The position numbers and the translations under genes were made by a program. Shown here in pieces: positions 47,471-48,684 of a DNA stretch of 48,684 bases. This stretch comes from Octopus sinensis (taxonomy: Eukaryota). The notes under the pieces were generated by a model that made no database searches, was not told the DNA's origin, and was given only the letters and a program-made list of their open reading frames with translations. The DNA lies in NCBI RefSeq assembly GCF_006345805.1, contig NW_021834666.1:1-48684 (forward strand), read 5' to 3'. The first letter of the stretch is position 1, and each line of letters opens with the position of its first letter.

Positions 47471-48119
47471 AATTGGTGGGTGCAGCATCAATAGGCTGAT
47501 ATTTGCAGGCAACGTGGTACAAGTCGGTTCATCAGAAGGTTTTCTCCAGCATTCATAGAATTGGTTCACTGCTGATTGCTACAAAGCAGGGATGAGAATT
47601 AGTGTTGTAAAGATGGAGACAGTGGTCTACTCCAAAGAGTCTCTCTGGTGCCCTCTGCAAGCTGATGACCAGCAAAAAATATATGCTAAATCACTCTCAA
47701 ATTCGCAATTGTCTATCTACAAAAGATGATACAAGTCGGTTCATCAGAAGGTTTTCTCCAGCATTCATAGAATTGGTTCACTGCTGATTGCTACAAAGCA
47801 GGGATGAGAATTAGTGTTGCAAAGATGGAGACAGTGGTCTACTCCAAAGAGTCTCTCTGGTGCACTCTGCAAGCTGATGACCAGCAAACATATCAAGCTG
47901 ATGACCAGCAAACATATCAAGCTGATGACCAGCAAAAAATAGATGCTAAATCACTCTCTGCATGCCAGAAGAACAACACTGAGACAAGCAGAGAGGCTGA
48001 AGTATTTTGGGGCCGTATTCACAAGCGATGGGAATCAAGAGGTTGAATCAGATGCTAGAACTACAGGTGTTGGTACAGTAAAACACCAGCTCGTCAGAAG
48101 AGGTGAGGTAGGTACAAAA
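47471..48119 (+). pseudogene. RTE-clade (Expander/Rex3-like) RT fragment with a 212-bp duplication and templated insertions
   Basis: RLIFAGNVV (degenerate FADD)...DCYKAGMRISVAKMETVVYSK..C.L ... LRQAERLKYFGAVFTSDG..E...R; compare GMRISTSKSE..V..C.L.V....L.QVEEFKYLG..FTSEG. Confidence 0.85.
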
Positions 48120-48121
48120 AT

Positions 48122-48365
48122 CACTGGTTCCCAACCAGGGTCCATCCATATGACCCTGAAGGGTTCATATAAGATTTTCCGTTAAAAATTGTGTGTAATA
48201 AATTGGTTTATACTTCAACAATACACAAAACATTTTAGCAATTTTTTTTTTATATATGATTCTTAGTGATATTTAATTATAAAAATATAATAGGATTTTT
48301 TGGGCCACCTGAGTAAAATAGGAATCAAAGGGGTCCGCAGGTAAAAAAATGGTTGAGAAACGCTG
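48122..48365 (-). mobile_element. hAT MITE, family 2, opposite orientation, shorter interior
   Basis: Both ends are reverse complements of 44743-45084 (…GGTTGAGAAACGCTG); no clear TSD. Confidence 0.75.
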
Positions 48366-48684
48366 AATTGGGTTTTTGTGTGTATCCTCACCTGAGTCTA
48401 ATAAAGATGTGATAGAAAAGATGAGAAAAGTGTGATAATGAGGTGAAAGTTTATTAAATGAAGCATTCAGAAAATGAGGTTGTTGCATGCATGAAACTGA
48501 ACAAGCAGAAAATTTATATAAAACTACCAAAATTTATATAAAACTACATATATATACAAGCTGTATAATAAAATGCAAATGGATAATATGTTTAAATTTG
48601 GGTCCCATTTTCAAGCTCTCCTACTTTACAGAGCAAATATACAATAATCTCATAATACAAACATGAAAAAAAAATCCAAATCTG

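Overview
AT-rich, microsatellite-saturated eukaryotic non-coding DNA, most likely from an octopus or other coleoid cephalopod (inferred from repeat families and composition, not verified). No host gene could be identified with confidence, and almost every entry in the ORF track is an artefact of (TA)n/(CA)n/(CT)n tracts. The window is mainly a mosaic of transposable elements: at least five tRNA-headed or CORE-like SINE families; 5'-truncated CR1- and RTE-clade LINE pieces; two decayed Tc1/mariner transposases (apparent DD35E and DD37D spacing); hAT- and TTAA/piggyBac-type MITEs; and a ~4.3 kb decayed Penelope-like element (Naiad-type RT + GIY-YIG). The most interesting signals are: (i) a type I hammerhead ribozyme with a ~85-nt structured stem II at the 3' end of the Penelope-like element, plus a 17-bp perfect inverted repeat inside that element; (ii) a second, minimal hammerhead with a variant core (CUGUCGA) on the minus strand near 3.97 kb; (iii) one SINE head/core joined to three unrelated tails, two of them bounded by TSDs; (iv) an RTE RT fragment with iterative, microhomology-primed insertions matching a sequence 1.4 kb upstream. 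Boundaries of degenerate repeats are approximate. All alignments and folds were done by eye.
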